DNA from: Eledone cirrhosa
Lineage: Eukaryota
DNA length: 64,000 bases
Assembly: GCA_964016885.1 (NCBI GenBank)
Contig: OZ024745.1
Span: forward strand, 122,822,001-122,886,000
Reading direction: 5' to 3'
In this document: piece after piece, positions 26,011 through 38,580 of the stretch
How positions within the stretch are numbered: the stretch's first letter is position 1
How the letters are laid out: the number at the start of each line of letters is the position of its first letter
Program-made: the position numbers and the translations under genes
The notes under the pieces: model-generated
The model's database searches: none
What the model saw: the letters and a program-made list of their open reading frames with translations, nothing else
Told to the model about the DNA's origin: nothing

Positions 26011-27416
26011 TCATTCTCTCTAAACATTTTGAATAAGGATGCTTTAATATACAGTTTTATTAACTCTTAATGCCTTGTACTATATGAAACCATAATAATA
26101 GACATTCCCGAAAAGTACAAAACAGCATTATGACTATCACATTAAAATTTAAAATTATTTTACTTTAATGCTACAAATTTACATAATCTGTCTTCTAGTA
26201 CATATACTAAAAACAGTTGAACGTTTTTAGAAATGTTCTGCTAAATCATTACAGGATTTTAAGAATTAAACAACAGCAACAAAAGAAGCATAAACCATGA
26301 TAGTAGTAATAGCAGGTAAGTTTATTTGCCTATTATTATGTAAAATACTGGTTGAGATTGTTCCATCATCTACAAGGTAAGGTATTGTGCTTTTAGTTTA
26401 TCACCAAAAGAAGACACTCAAACTTGGGTCTATTGTGGAGCAGTCTCTTCTCTATATCTTGACTGCTATTATTACTATGATGGTTTATACAGCAACAAAA
26501 TAAATTTAGTGAATGTTTTTTGTTTTGTTTATCTTTGCTAGAGGAGAGATGTACATTTCCATAGATTGGTATACATGAATAAGGTTGACATTTATTTTAA
26601 TTTATTACCTGTTAATGAAAGACTATAACATATTTATTGAAGGAGTTTGAGTATGAAGCACTTTTATGAAAGCAAACTTGAAGACACATCAACGATAGGT
26701 TTTAGCTTTATCTTTTTGCAATATATATATAATGTTTGTAGGGCTTTTTAATATAAATTTTTTATAGGTTTTGATTTGAATTTTTTTTAGATATATATCA
26801 TTCTTGTCGGGTCCTTTTGAGGTAATGTTTATAGCCAGATGCCCTTTTTTGAGCCAGCCCTTTTAATCACCTCTTATAAAATGAGAATGGTTATGTGGGT
26901 GAATGGATAATTGCCTAGAGAGAAGAAGACAAACAATGAATTGCAGAAGATGGTTGGAATAGAACTGGTGATAAATATTATGATGAGAAATGGAATAAGA
27001 TGGTTAGTAATGTGTTGAGGAAGTCTGAAAGTGACTATGTGAGAGGAATGATCAAAATGAATGTGGAAGGAAGTAGAGCAAATTAAAAAACACATAAAGA
27101 TGATGAAGAAAAGGAAAGTAAGGAGTTTGGTTAAGCAGGAGACAGATGAAAGAGCAGAACGGAGAAGTGTGCCGCAGGGTTTGCAAGACAGGAAAAAAAA
27201 AGTGATCATAAAATGCATGTTGTTGTCTTTTGTTGTATATATGTTTGTAGAACTATTAAATAAAACCAATGTTTTGAATTCCCATTACAAAATGAATAGC
27301 AGTTTCTTATTCAATGACAATGTGGAGGTAAGGTGATGTATGAACAATGGCTATTGTAAAGAAAGGTATTGTAAAGTGTAATGCTTGGCATGTTTTAATA
27401 TTATTGGACCACATCA

Positions 27417-27676
27417 GTGGACATGTGATGCACATGGAGGATGACTGCTGGGTAAAGAAGTGCCAAGAAATCCCAGTAGAAGGAAGACGAGGTAGAGGAA
27501 GACCGTGAAAATCATGGGTGGAGGTGGTGAGAACTGACCTTAGATCACTGAAGCTCATGGAGGAGATGACAAAGGACCGTGACAAATGGAGAGATGCTGT
27601 GCTGAATAGGGCCCGTCCCACCCTTGCAAGCAGGGAAAAGCGGACGTAAAATGATGATGATGATGATGATGATGAT
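27417..27676 (+). mobile_element. RTE LINE 3' end, same family as 18194-21250
   Basis: Highly similar to 21005-21250, with an (ATG)n tail. Confidence 0.9.
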
Positions 27677-27908
27677 CAGTCTACTCAAGCTGGTTTTGAT
27701 CAGTTGACAATAATTTTTACAGAGAAAGAGTTATGAACAGTTTTGACACAGTATAATTTGCATAATTAAGAAATGAAATATGCTTAGGAAATAACTCAAT
27801 GAGTTAATTGTCTTCTTTATTCATCTAAGAGGGACATTTCACTTTATTGAGAATATTTTGCTTATATGATTCAATACTTATTCAATACTTCAACTTATTT
27901 ATCTAAAT

Positions 27909-28233
27909 CAGAGGTTCTCAAACTTTTGTTCACCACCCCTCATGGCCATGTGATAACCTCAGCGCCTCTCCAACTCTATTTCCAGAGAGACCTGCCTAAA
28001 ATAAGATTGTAAATAATATATAAGTTAAATCATTAATTTATATATAATAAATATGTATAAATAATATATTTTTTGTTTTACTATATTTATATATAATATG
28101 TATAATTTGATATTAATATACTATTATATCATTTCTACCACACTCTCTTAGGTCACAGCACCCCCTGGACTTTCTCAACGCCCCTGGTTGGGGTGGGTGA
28201 GGTGCGCAGAAGTGCTCACTTTGAGAACCTCTG
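27909..28233. mobile_element. hAT MITE
   Basis: TIR CAGAGGTTCTCAAA / TTTGAGAACCTCTG, with perfect TSD ATCTAAAT. Confidence 0.92.
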
Positions 28234-28241
28234 ATCTAAAT

Positions 28242-29231
28242 CATGGCTCTCAAAACACCTTTTGGAATCCATGATTCTTCATAAGTAAGATCCATAGTTC
28301 TATCAGAGATCCAAGTGGATCATTTGAAGATATTTACTTCTAATAGAGCAATACAGAAGACGTGACTGTGAAATCTTGCCCCTCTCAGGAATAAGTGGGT
28401 GAAGAAGAAGTAAACAGAATATAAAATAGACTATAAAGACTAATTATATACAAATCAGAAATCCATATAAGCTGTATTTTATTATTATATTATGGTGGTA
28501 GATTGGCAGTATCGGTAAAGAGTCGGAGACCAAGCTTTGCAGTATAGAGTTATGGCCCTTTGATCTGAGTTCAAATCCCATCGAGGTCAACTTTGCCTTT
28601 CATCCTTACGGGGTCGATAAAATAAAGCACCAGTAATGTATTGGGGTCGATTTAATCGACTTTCCCCTCCCCCAAAATTACTGGCCTTGTACCTATACTA
28701 GAAATCATTATTATATAAAATAAAGTACCAGTAATGCTGGCCTTGTGCCTAAAGTAGAAATCATTATTATATTATGGAGGTAGATTGGCAGTATCGGTAG
28801 GGCATTGGATACCTTGCTTTGCAGCATAGAGATTTGCGTTCTTAGTTCAAATTCTGCTGAGGTTAACTTTGTCTTTCATCCTTAATAGGTCGATAAACTA
28901 AAGCACCAGTAATGCACTGGGGTAATTGCTGGCCTTGTGCCAAAAGTAGAAACAATTATTATATTATATATTTTTTTCATTTTTCATGCAAATGTTCTGT
29001 AGGAGTTGTGACTGCTAGATTGTATCAGCAATGGAAAAACTAATGGAAACATTATTTCATTAGTCTGATTTGATGAGTTCCTCCTCACTCAGTAAGTAAA
29101 TAAGGTCTGAGATCTGGTCGATCGATTCCTAATTCAAATGTTATGTTTAGCTTAAAACTTCAATTGCTCTCCTCACCTGAGTAGTAACATTATCCTCTGG
29201 GGTTCAATATCGACCACTTTGGGGAACCTTG
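28242..29231. mobile_element. Older hAT-like element containing two SINE A copies
   Basis: Degenerate TIRs CATGGCTCTCAAA / TTTGGGGAACCTTG, bounded by ATCTAAAT at 28234 and 29232. Confidence 0.6.
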
Positions 29232-30019
29232 ATCTAAATTCATGTCTTTTGCCCACATGAGTTATTTTCTTTTGCTTATTCAATTTTTTAAAAAACTTTC
29301 CTATATTGTTTCATGATTCATGACAAGATATTCATCAATACCTGTAAGGTTCTTATACAAAAAGTTACATCAAAAGCTAATACCTCTGCTACCTTTTTCA
29401 ACTTCAAGCAGGTTTTATCTATATATTGTTTCTGAAAATGTATTGTCTTGTTTGGTTTATGTTTTAATGGTTAATGTATTGATTCTCTAATCTGTACTCC
29501 CTTTAATTGTAATAAAAATGTTGTAGTTGTTTCCTTAATGGATCTCTTTCATTTGATGAAGCTAAATGTGCTGTGACATGTTTTTTGATGATATTTCTTT
29601 GTAAACCTTATTTGTTTAAATTCATTTATTTCAATTTTCTTTGTACTGCATTAAAAGCATATCAAGAGAGCTTACCCAAGAAATAATTTTATGAAAGAAA
29701 TATTGTATTTCAAGGATAGTAACAATTCCAATTCCCAATAAAAGCTATCAGATAGATCAGTGTAAGCAAGTGTGGCATATACATGATGATGATTGTCATT
29801 GAATAAGAAACTACTACTCATCTTGTAATGGAAACTCAAAACATTGGTTTTATCTAATTGTCCTGTAAACATATATACAACAACAAAAGACAACAGCATC
29901 AACAACAACAAGCATTTTATCATCATTTTTTTATTCTTTTGCTCATCTAAGCCATGCTAGCATGGAAAATGGACAGATAAGCATTAAACGATGATGATGA
30001 TACATATATACATACATAC

Positions 30020-30107
<88 letters not shown>

Positions 30108-30243
30108 CCACTTTATAAATAAATGTTTTGATATTATACTGAAAGAATCTCTTCAGAATTTTCAACTGAAAAAAATCTCTTTCCTCTCTACTATTTGTTT
30201 TTATATATATCAACTCGTGTGTTACTTTTCTACATTTCATATA

Positions 30244-30293
<50 letters not shown>

Positions 30294-30379
30294 TAAGTTA
30301 TTCCAGGTTGAATCGGAGGTAACCACAGTAAGTAAGGTACTCAATACATAGCAGAGTATAAAAGTTTTAATATCGATGA

Positions 30380-30428
30380 GATTCTACAGGACTAGAACTG
30401 TTTCATTCTTTAGAAATCATCAGGAACC
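30380..30428 (-). ncRNA. Type-I hammerhead motif with closed stem III and GUA site
   Basis: GGUUC CUGAUGA UUUC UAAA GAAU GAAA CAG UUCUAGUC CUG UA GAAUC. Confidence 0.75.
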
Positions 30429-30867
30429 TGGCTTTCCAAAATAAATGTGGTATTTATTAAAAGCTAATTCTTTAAGGCTATAATTTATATTTAGAGTGAC
30501 AAAGGCAGAAAGAATTCTATAAACAAGTTCAGATTGGGATGCCACTCCTTATTTTTAAGTTTCTCTTAAGCTAACAATGCCTATATTTCAGGTGTTATAA
30601 GATGGTAGGGGGTCGGTCATGGTTGATGGATTTAAAGAAAAGGGAAATTCTTTAAAAGCTAATTCTTTAAAGCTCTACTTAGAGTGACAAAAGCCAAGAG
30701 AATTCTATAAACCAGTTCAAAATATTGGGTGCCTATCATATCATTATTGTCATGTTTCTCTTAAGCTATATTCCAGGTGTCAACAGACACATTCACATAC
30801 ACACACACATATATATATATATTGAAGGACTAATTTGATTCATATGTAACCCATTTGCAACCATTTT

Positions 30868-30899
<32 letters not shown>

Positions 30900-30951
30900 T
30901 ATGAGCTCAGCCGTCGGGGTCCTATATATATATATATATATATATACATAC

Positions 30952-30991
<40 letters not shown>

Positions 30992-31087
30992 GTATGTGTA
31001 TTTATGTACTTTGTATATGTGTATATATGTGTATTTCTGTAGATGTGTTTGTATATGTTTGTATATGTGTGTGTATATATATATATA

Positions 31088-31282
31088 TAGGAACGAGTAG
31101 GACCCCGACGGCTGAGCTCAAGCCATTTCGACGGCTAATTCTAGTCCAGAATTAGCCGTCGAAACGGCTTGAGCTCAGCCGTCAGGGTCCTACTCGTTCC
31201 TATTACCCACTCTACTACCCTAAGTATTGAGTACTTTGGTGCGTTATGGTCCCCCTAGTTCCTTACCACATTTCCTTCATTA
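31088..31282 (+). mobile_element. Short Penelope-like terminal element, palindrome centred on hammerhead stem II
   Basis: Near-perfect palindrome at 31088-31202. The right arm reads GAAA CGGC UUGAGCUCA GCCG UC AGGGUCC. Flanked by (TA)n. Confidence 0.72.
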
Positions 31283-31287
31283 TATAT

Positions 31288-31410
31288 AGTGGTTGGAGAA
31301 TTGGATTCACAATCTTGAGGTTGTGAGTTCGATTCCTGGACCGGGCGATGCGTTATGTCCTTGAGCAAGACACTTTATTTCACGTTGCTCCTTCTACCTG
31401 GAGTTGCGAC
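31288..31410 (+). mobile_element. 5' part of SINE family B
   Basis: B-box GAGTTCGATTCC followed by GTCCTTGAGCAAGACACTTTATTTCACGTTGCTCC. Confidence 0.7.
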
Positions 31411-31502
31411 CGATAGATAGTATTAGCAACTGGAAAGACCAACGGAAACATTGTTTCCTCGTCCGATTTGACGAAAGTCGATCGAAAGAAAAAATATATA
31501 TA

Positions 31503-32317
31503 TTACTCTTTTACCTGTTTCAGCCATCTGGCTGAGACCATGCTGGGGCACCGCCCTTGTTGCTACACATTTTATCTCCAGCCTGTATAGGTTGGCCACT
31601 GGTATAAGAGGGAGTTTGTTGCTGCTGCCCTTAGTTTTCCCTCGTGCCTTGCTGTGGGCTCATCCAGGATCCTGGATAACAAGGTGTCGAGATGTTTCTT
31701 GAAGGCATCCACCTCCACGTCATGCAAATCTCTCAGATCCCTCGGCAGCTTGTTGAAGAGTTGAGGGCCCTTGAATCCCAGGCTATTGCAATACCTGCTC
31801 CTTATTCTAGATGTGGAAGACGGGACCTTTGGCACCACACAGTGACGTCCTGTTCGACGGTTTGTCCAGCTCCCAATGCCAAAGTTTGGTGCTAGTCTCT
31901 CCAGGATTTTCCACATGTAGATCACTGCGTATCTCTCCCATCTTTGTTCCAAGGAGTAGAGGTTCAGTTCCTTCAGCCTCTCCCAGTAGCTTGTCTCCTT
32001 CATCGTGGCAATCCTCTTGGTGTAGCTTTGCTGGATTGCCTCAAGCTCCATGGTTAGTTTGACACTATGGGGTGACCACAACTGGGAGCAGTAGTCCAGG
32101 CGGCTTAGGACAAATGTCCTCCATAGTGTCAACATGGTGTCTCAGTCTCTTGTCTGGAAAGTCCTCAAGATCCAGCCAGCGAGTTGTCTGCACATTGTCG
32201 CCACTTTCATGATGTGTGAAGAAAAAGATGCATCATCGCTCATGTCTATGCCCAGGTCTCGTATCGATTTTGACACAGGGATATCGGTCCCTCCTGACAC
32301 GGGGATATTGGTCCCTC
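31503..32317 (-). mobile_element. CR1-clade LINE 3' fragment
   Basis: [19 protein letters not shown]...YWERLKELNLYSLEQRWER...GPQLFNKLP. The same 3' tail recurs at 45536-45592. Confidence 0.85.
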
Positions 32318-32345
32318 TTATATATATATACGTATATATATATAC

Positions 32346-32519
<174 letters not shown>

Positions 32520-32968
32520 ATATATATATAGAAAGAATTTCTATAGACTTCTGACTGAGGAATGCTTTCAAAACTGACCAATGGGAAGTTTGACATTTTT
32601 TTGTTATTTTGTTCCTTTACCAGCTTGTTCCTTCTACCACTTTATCAATTTTTTTAAGCTAACTCCAACAACAACACCACTACCAATACAAGATTTGAGG
32701 TCAGATGTACCTAACAATAACAAGAACAACAACTACAGATTGGCTTGCCTCAGAACGAACTTCTATAGACTTTTGAATGAGGAATGTTCTAACAACTGAC
32801 CAATGAGAGGAGAAGAGGCCCTTTGACACTGAAATTCGTTTGTTTGAATTCATATGATTCCAGTTCCTCAGTGAAATAACAACCTAACCAGGAACTGGGT
32901 ATATCAGAGTATTGACAAAGTTATACACCTCAACAACATGTGTACTTGTCTATACCACACTAATTCGA

Positions 32969-33023
32969 ACTGCCTGAAGAGGTCACAGCCAAAGATGGCT
33001 GTCACCGAAATATATATAGCAGT
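32969..33023 (+). ncRNA. Intact minimal type-I hammerhead ribozyme (Penelope-like type)
   Basis: ACUGC CUGAAGA GGU C ACAGCCA AAGA UGGCUGU C ACC GAAA UAUAUA UA GCAGU. Full core, G10.1-C11.1 pair, palindromic stem III, AAUAAA immediately downstream. Confidence 0.88.
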
Positions 33024-33068
33024 AATAAACGAAGCTAAATTTTAAACATTTGACTTTTTAATTTACTT

Positions 33069-33127
<59 letters not shown>

Positions 33128-33354
33128 TATATGTATACACTGTAAATGTGGTTGGTGTTAGGAAGGGCATCCAGCTGTAGAAAACCCGCCAGATAGTCCT
33201 ATGCGAGCAAGATAATCACTCTTGCCTCAAGTGGGAAAACCCCCGTCCAAACCCATGCAAGCGTGGAACACGGATGTTAAACGTTGATGATGATGATGAT
33301 GATGATATACATATATACATATATATCTATCTTTAATCTGTTATTTTAATAAAT

Positions 33355-33741
<387 letters not shown>

Positions 33742-34781
33742 CCTTTGGTTGCTGCCATAAGTAATTTCTCTTGAGTTATCACTCATGATGCTTCTTCAGA
33801 TGTTTAATATGGCAGCAAAAATAGAAACAAAAAAAAGAACACTAAATAGCAATGAATTGGACATAATTAGAAGCAAACATCATTACTATCATCATCATCA
33901 TCATCATCCTTTTATATCCATTTTCTATGCTAGGTGGTTCATCACAGCCGAAGAATTAATGGGTTAGAGAGCCATGTCTTACACACACTTTTTATTTGTA
34001 GCAGGGGTTACATTCCTAGAGTACCCATGAAGAGTGAAAAGCTACAAATATTGGACGTGGTCCATAGAAATGTCTATTAACGTAAAAAAAATGTAAAAAA
34101 TAGGCTGGTAGATACGGTATATTGTTATAAAAAGTGTGAAAAAATATTTATTGCCACGAAGAAAGCCATAAAAAAATCAGGGAAGATATTTATGATTCCA
34201 CAAATATGCGATGGTTTCCATGAACAATTATTAGTTAGGTTCTAAGGAAAATTAACCGGGACCACGAATGCCAAGGGTACACTGTACTTCCTAACAACAT
34301 CTACTTTACAGAGTGTATCGGGTGCATTTTATCTTGTTACCAACACTAAGCAATAAAATAAACTAAGATTGTTTGAAGTAGTTACTTGTAAAGGAGATCA
34401 ATAAGAGGGTGTGTTTCAGAGAAATTATTAAAATGAGTGATTAAATAAATAGTAATTAAATAATTGAATAAATAATTAATAAGTGAATAAATAAATAAAT
34501 AAAATGTAAAAATAAATTTTTCTTTTTAAATGAGTGGTTAGATAATTAATTAATTAAAAAGTTAATAATAAAATTGAATAATTAAATGAATAGACATGAG
34601 ATAAAGTAGAACTGTGATTGTGGGGGTACTCAGAGAATATATAGAGGGTAAATACTTGAAGTAGTGAAATTATGTGATGTTACCTGATTCATGATATGTG
34701 ATACAAAATTTAAGTTTAGGATTTTTAAATAAAAATGTTTTCAATGGTGAACCCCCACTTGCATACATGCATGGTCTAAAT

Positions 34782-35321
34782 CAGAGGTTCTCAAACTTTT
34801 GGGGCCACTGCTCCCGTCACATCCACGTAATATCCTCAGTGCCTCCACCCCTATCTCCAGAGAGACCTGCCTACACGCAAATTGTAAATATAATAAATAA
34901 AATCGTTAATTTATATATTAATATAATAAATAATATAATATATACTATGTATAAATGAATATTATATAACAGAGTTTTGTAGCTTGTTTGAAGCATTGTT
35001 GAATAGGAAACTCAAATTTAAATTTTGAAAACCAAAACAATGCATTATGAAGAATGTTAAATTGCCAAGATAACAAAAGAATCGTATCTTAGCAAATATT
35101 TTCGGGTTTAAAAACCCATTATCAGAGACTTAAAAATCGATCAGATAGACTTGCTTGTTTGGAGAGCAGATTTAAGTTAAAGTTTACATATAATATGTAT
35201 CATTTGATATTTAATATATTATTATATCATCCCTACCACCTACCATTCCCCGAGGCCCCAGCGCCCTCTGGACCTTCTCAATGCCCCCAGGGGTCACTAG
35301 CACCCACTTTGAGAACCACTG
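34782..35321. mobile_element. hAT MITE, longer relative of 27909-28233
   Basis: TIR CAGAGGTTCTCAAA / TTTGAGAACCACTG. TSD GTCTAAAT/CTCTAAAT (7 of 8 identical). Confidence 0.88.
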
Positions 35322-35735
35322 CTCTAAATGTAAGCACATCAAAAGTGAAGTAAAGTTTGGAATACCAAAAGTATCATCATAATCAACTGAAATGCTTAAG
35401 TGGAGTTAGGGCAATGTAATTTGCAACATATATATATACAGTGCTTTAGTTCAATAGATCAGAATGAACTTTTGAATATTTACACATTTAGATACAAGGA
35501 TATTTGAGTGTTCAAACTAGGCTTTCTGTTGAGTATGCTGAAACAGGTGACAAGTCTATCTATTATCTTGTTTTTCAATATTAACCCTTATGTGAAACGT
35601 CAACAAGGTATGGAGAGAATTCTTGACATTATACAAACAAATAAACTCTATCTCATGTATTGAGTGTTATTTTTCTTGTTTGTATTTCTAGACATATATG
35701 TGTATGTCTATACATACATATATATATATATATGT

Positions 35736-35856
35736 ATGATTTCCTTTGAAAGAAACAGTTCTAGTCTTGTAGAAGACATTTCTATATTAAATATTTGTAT
35801 TCTGCTATGTATTGAGTACCTTACTTACTGTGGTTACTCTCGATTGAACCCAGGAT

Positions 35857-35857
<1 letters not shown>
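35736..35857 (+). mobile_element. 5'-truncated hammerhead-bearing element, family of 30290-30430
   Basis: AUGA UUUC CUUU GAAA GAAA CAG UUCUAGUC UUG UA GAAG, then tail GTATTGAGTACCTTACTTACTGTGGTTAC. Confidence 0.7.
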
Positions 35858-35945
<88 letters not shown>

Positions 35946-38374
35946 TATGCAAAAGACCTGACTTCCCATGGGCATATGCTGAAGCTGAAGCATATATACA
36001 ATATGCCCCACCCCACCCTCCCACTGTATAGTGGTCGTGTAAGTATCATGACAAAAAGCACCCAGCCCACATTGTAAAGTGATCAACAAGGTGTCACAAC
36101 AAAAAGTACCCAGTTCACACTGTAAAGTGGTCCTGTAGGCATCTCGACAAAAAGCACCCAGTACTCACTGTAAATGGGGTTGGCATTGGGAAGGGCATCC
36201 AGCAGTGGAAACCAAGCCAAAATCAGTTCTGTATAAGCAAGGCATGGTTCCCTGACCTAGCATTGCCCCACAACAGGACAACCCGTCTAACCCATGCCAT
36301 GGATAATGGACATAAAATGATGATGATGATGATGATGATGATATATATTAATTTACACTTATTGTCTATATATTATATTGTAATCAATAAAATCTGTCTT
36401 TACGTGCCTAACACACAATATGTACATTGTATTTATATGTGCATGTATAGACATATATGAGCATAAGTTGATATGAAGCTGGTAGAAGACATGGTTAAAA
36501 ATATGGTAATTATATGGTTAAATAATTACTTGATTCTTTTCCTTGATTTGGGGAAAAAAAATGCTAACTTCAGATAAAAGTTATGTTTTCTTATTTACAA
36601 TCTTTGCTAGAAAAGAAAATGAATGTTGAATACTCTTGCTGTTGATGATGATATTTTTAACTTTATTTATTATTCTAGCTTGAATAATATAAAACATATG
36701 CCAATCCCAGAACATACAATAACTGAGTGTTAAGAATAAAAGGGAAAAAAAACCTCTTGAGTCTTAATAGACAGCAGTGAAGCAAGAAATAGATTAGATA
36801 TTTAAATATGCTTCAAAGGAATTTCTTTGGTTTGGAATAAAAATAGTTAAAAATAATTAATAGGAAATAACTAAATTTATTTATTTGTTCATATAAGCAG
36901 AGATTTAGGAAAATTCTTCATGAAAATATGTCAATGATAATATACACACGTGTTCGAAATATGTTTGAGAATACATATGCAAGCGTGCAAACATATTTGT
37001 ATCTATTGAGTGTGCATGCATATAATATATGAACTTAAATGTATATAACAAATGTTTGCTATCAATATATGCAATAATCCTTCATCTATTTCTATGTTGC
37101 TAAAGTTAAAAATAAATAATTTTATTGTCTGTCTTTTTCTTGATAGGGTTAGAACCCCCCCGCAAAAAAGAGGAAACATCTTTATCAAAGATATCTAAAA
37201 AAATATAAAACAAACCCGCCCCCCAAAAAAACAACTGAAAAATGAGATCTATAAATAAATAAATAGACAAACAAATTCTAGATGTAGTTCTATTGTTTTT
37301 CATTAAGTTAAAGTTACAGAAGTAGAAAATTTAATAAAAATGGTAACACATCTAGGAATACGAAACGGTAAATAGAATCAAAGGAATTTGTTTCATATAT
37401 TACAATATTTTCTATTTCACCATAAACTGTGTGCACATAAAAGTAAGTAAGTTTGGGTTTATACAGATATACATTTATACTTTTATATACATTCATATGT
37501 ACTGTATATAGGTAGGTACACACAGCTTTATAACATTACTTCACACATACATGCCAATATATTTGTATAGATATTCATACAATGTGTTTTATATATGTAT
37601 GAACATCATTTATTTAAAACCAGCAGACATATCTATTTCTCTGGAAGTGCATAAGCTTGAATATTCATGCCAGTGTATTTATGCCTGTATATGTATCAAT
37701 ACATTTGTGTATTGATCAATACATAAAACAAAATTTGTGTCAAGAAAGTATGTGTGAGCAAGTACAACTGTAACAAGGTTGGACCTGCAGTAGAGAAGTT
37801 ATATAAATGTATTTCTGCTTAAAGTTATTTGATTAAAGTATGTCTGATCATATGAAAAATAAATTGTATGGTGCATATGCGCTGTTAGATATTTCTATTA
37901 ATATGCTAATCAGTTTTGATTATTACATTTTTGAGGATGCATATTAAATTCCATTACAAACAAGTAATTTCTTGTTTACATTTGAAATAATTTCTTGTGT
38001 AAAACTTTGTAAGTCTTTCATTTCTTAAATCAAGATCATCAATATTATTCTGAGGCATTATCTGCTCACTGCCATGTGAAGGCTTCCCCAAGCTTATGCT
38101 AGTTAGTTGTGTAACTCTCCTCTATAATCTTACTGGTTTTATCCTTTTATCTCATCATGTGTCTTCCTCAATTGTAAGATCTTGCTCCAATTTCTGATCA
38201 AGGCAACTCACTCCTTGCTATTTTGTCTGGCTGGACAGAAAACCAAGATCCATGCCTACTTCATAGTGAGGTGGTTAATTATAGAAAAAATATCTATCCA
38301 GCAGCAGAAATAACTGTCCCAAAACCAATTAACAAAAACGTCTCCATGCAGTTACTAAATTGTCTAGAAATACC

Positions 38375-38580
38375 AAGTACCAGTCACTCTCTGACAGGTT
38401 TGTGGTCGTGCTCTTGGCAGTGGAGACTTCTGGTATCCTTGGCCCTAGGGCTACCTCCTACTTACCTCCATAGGCGCTGAGCTGGCCAGCCACTGATGTG
38501 AGCCTCGCGAGATGGAATGGCTCTTCCAGCACATCTCCCTTATGATCATCCAGGGAAACGCCTTCTCCATTCTGCCCGTC
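38375..38580 (+). mobile_element. CRE-clade non-LTR retrotransposon C-terminal fragment (restriction-like endonuclease end)
   Basis: KYQSLSDRFVVVLLAVETSGILGPRAT...EPREMEWLFQHISLMIIQGNAFSIL fits the CRE pattern KY...A.ET.G..G...QR.S.AIQRGNA.SIL. Confidence 0.7.
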
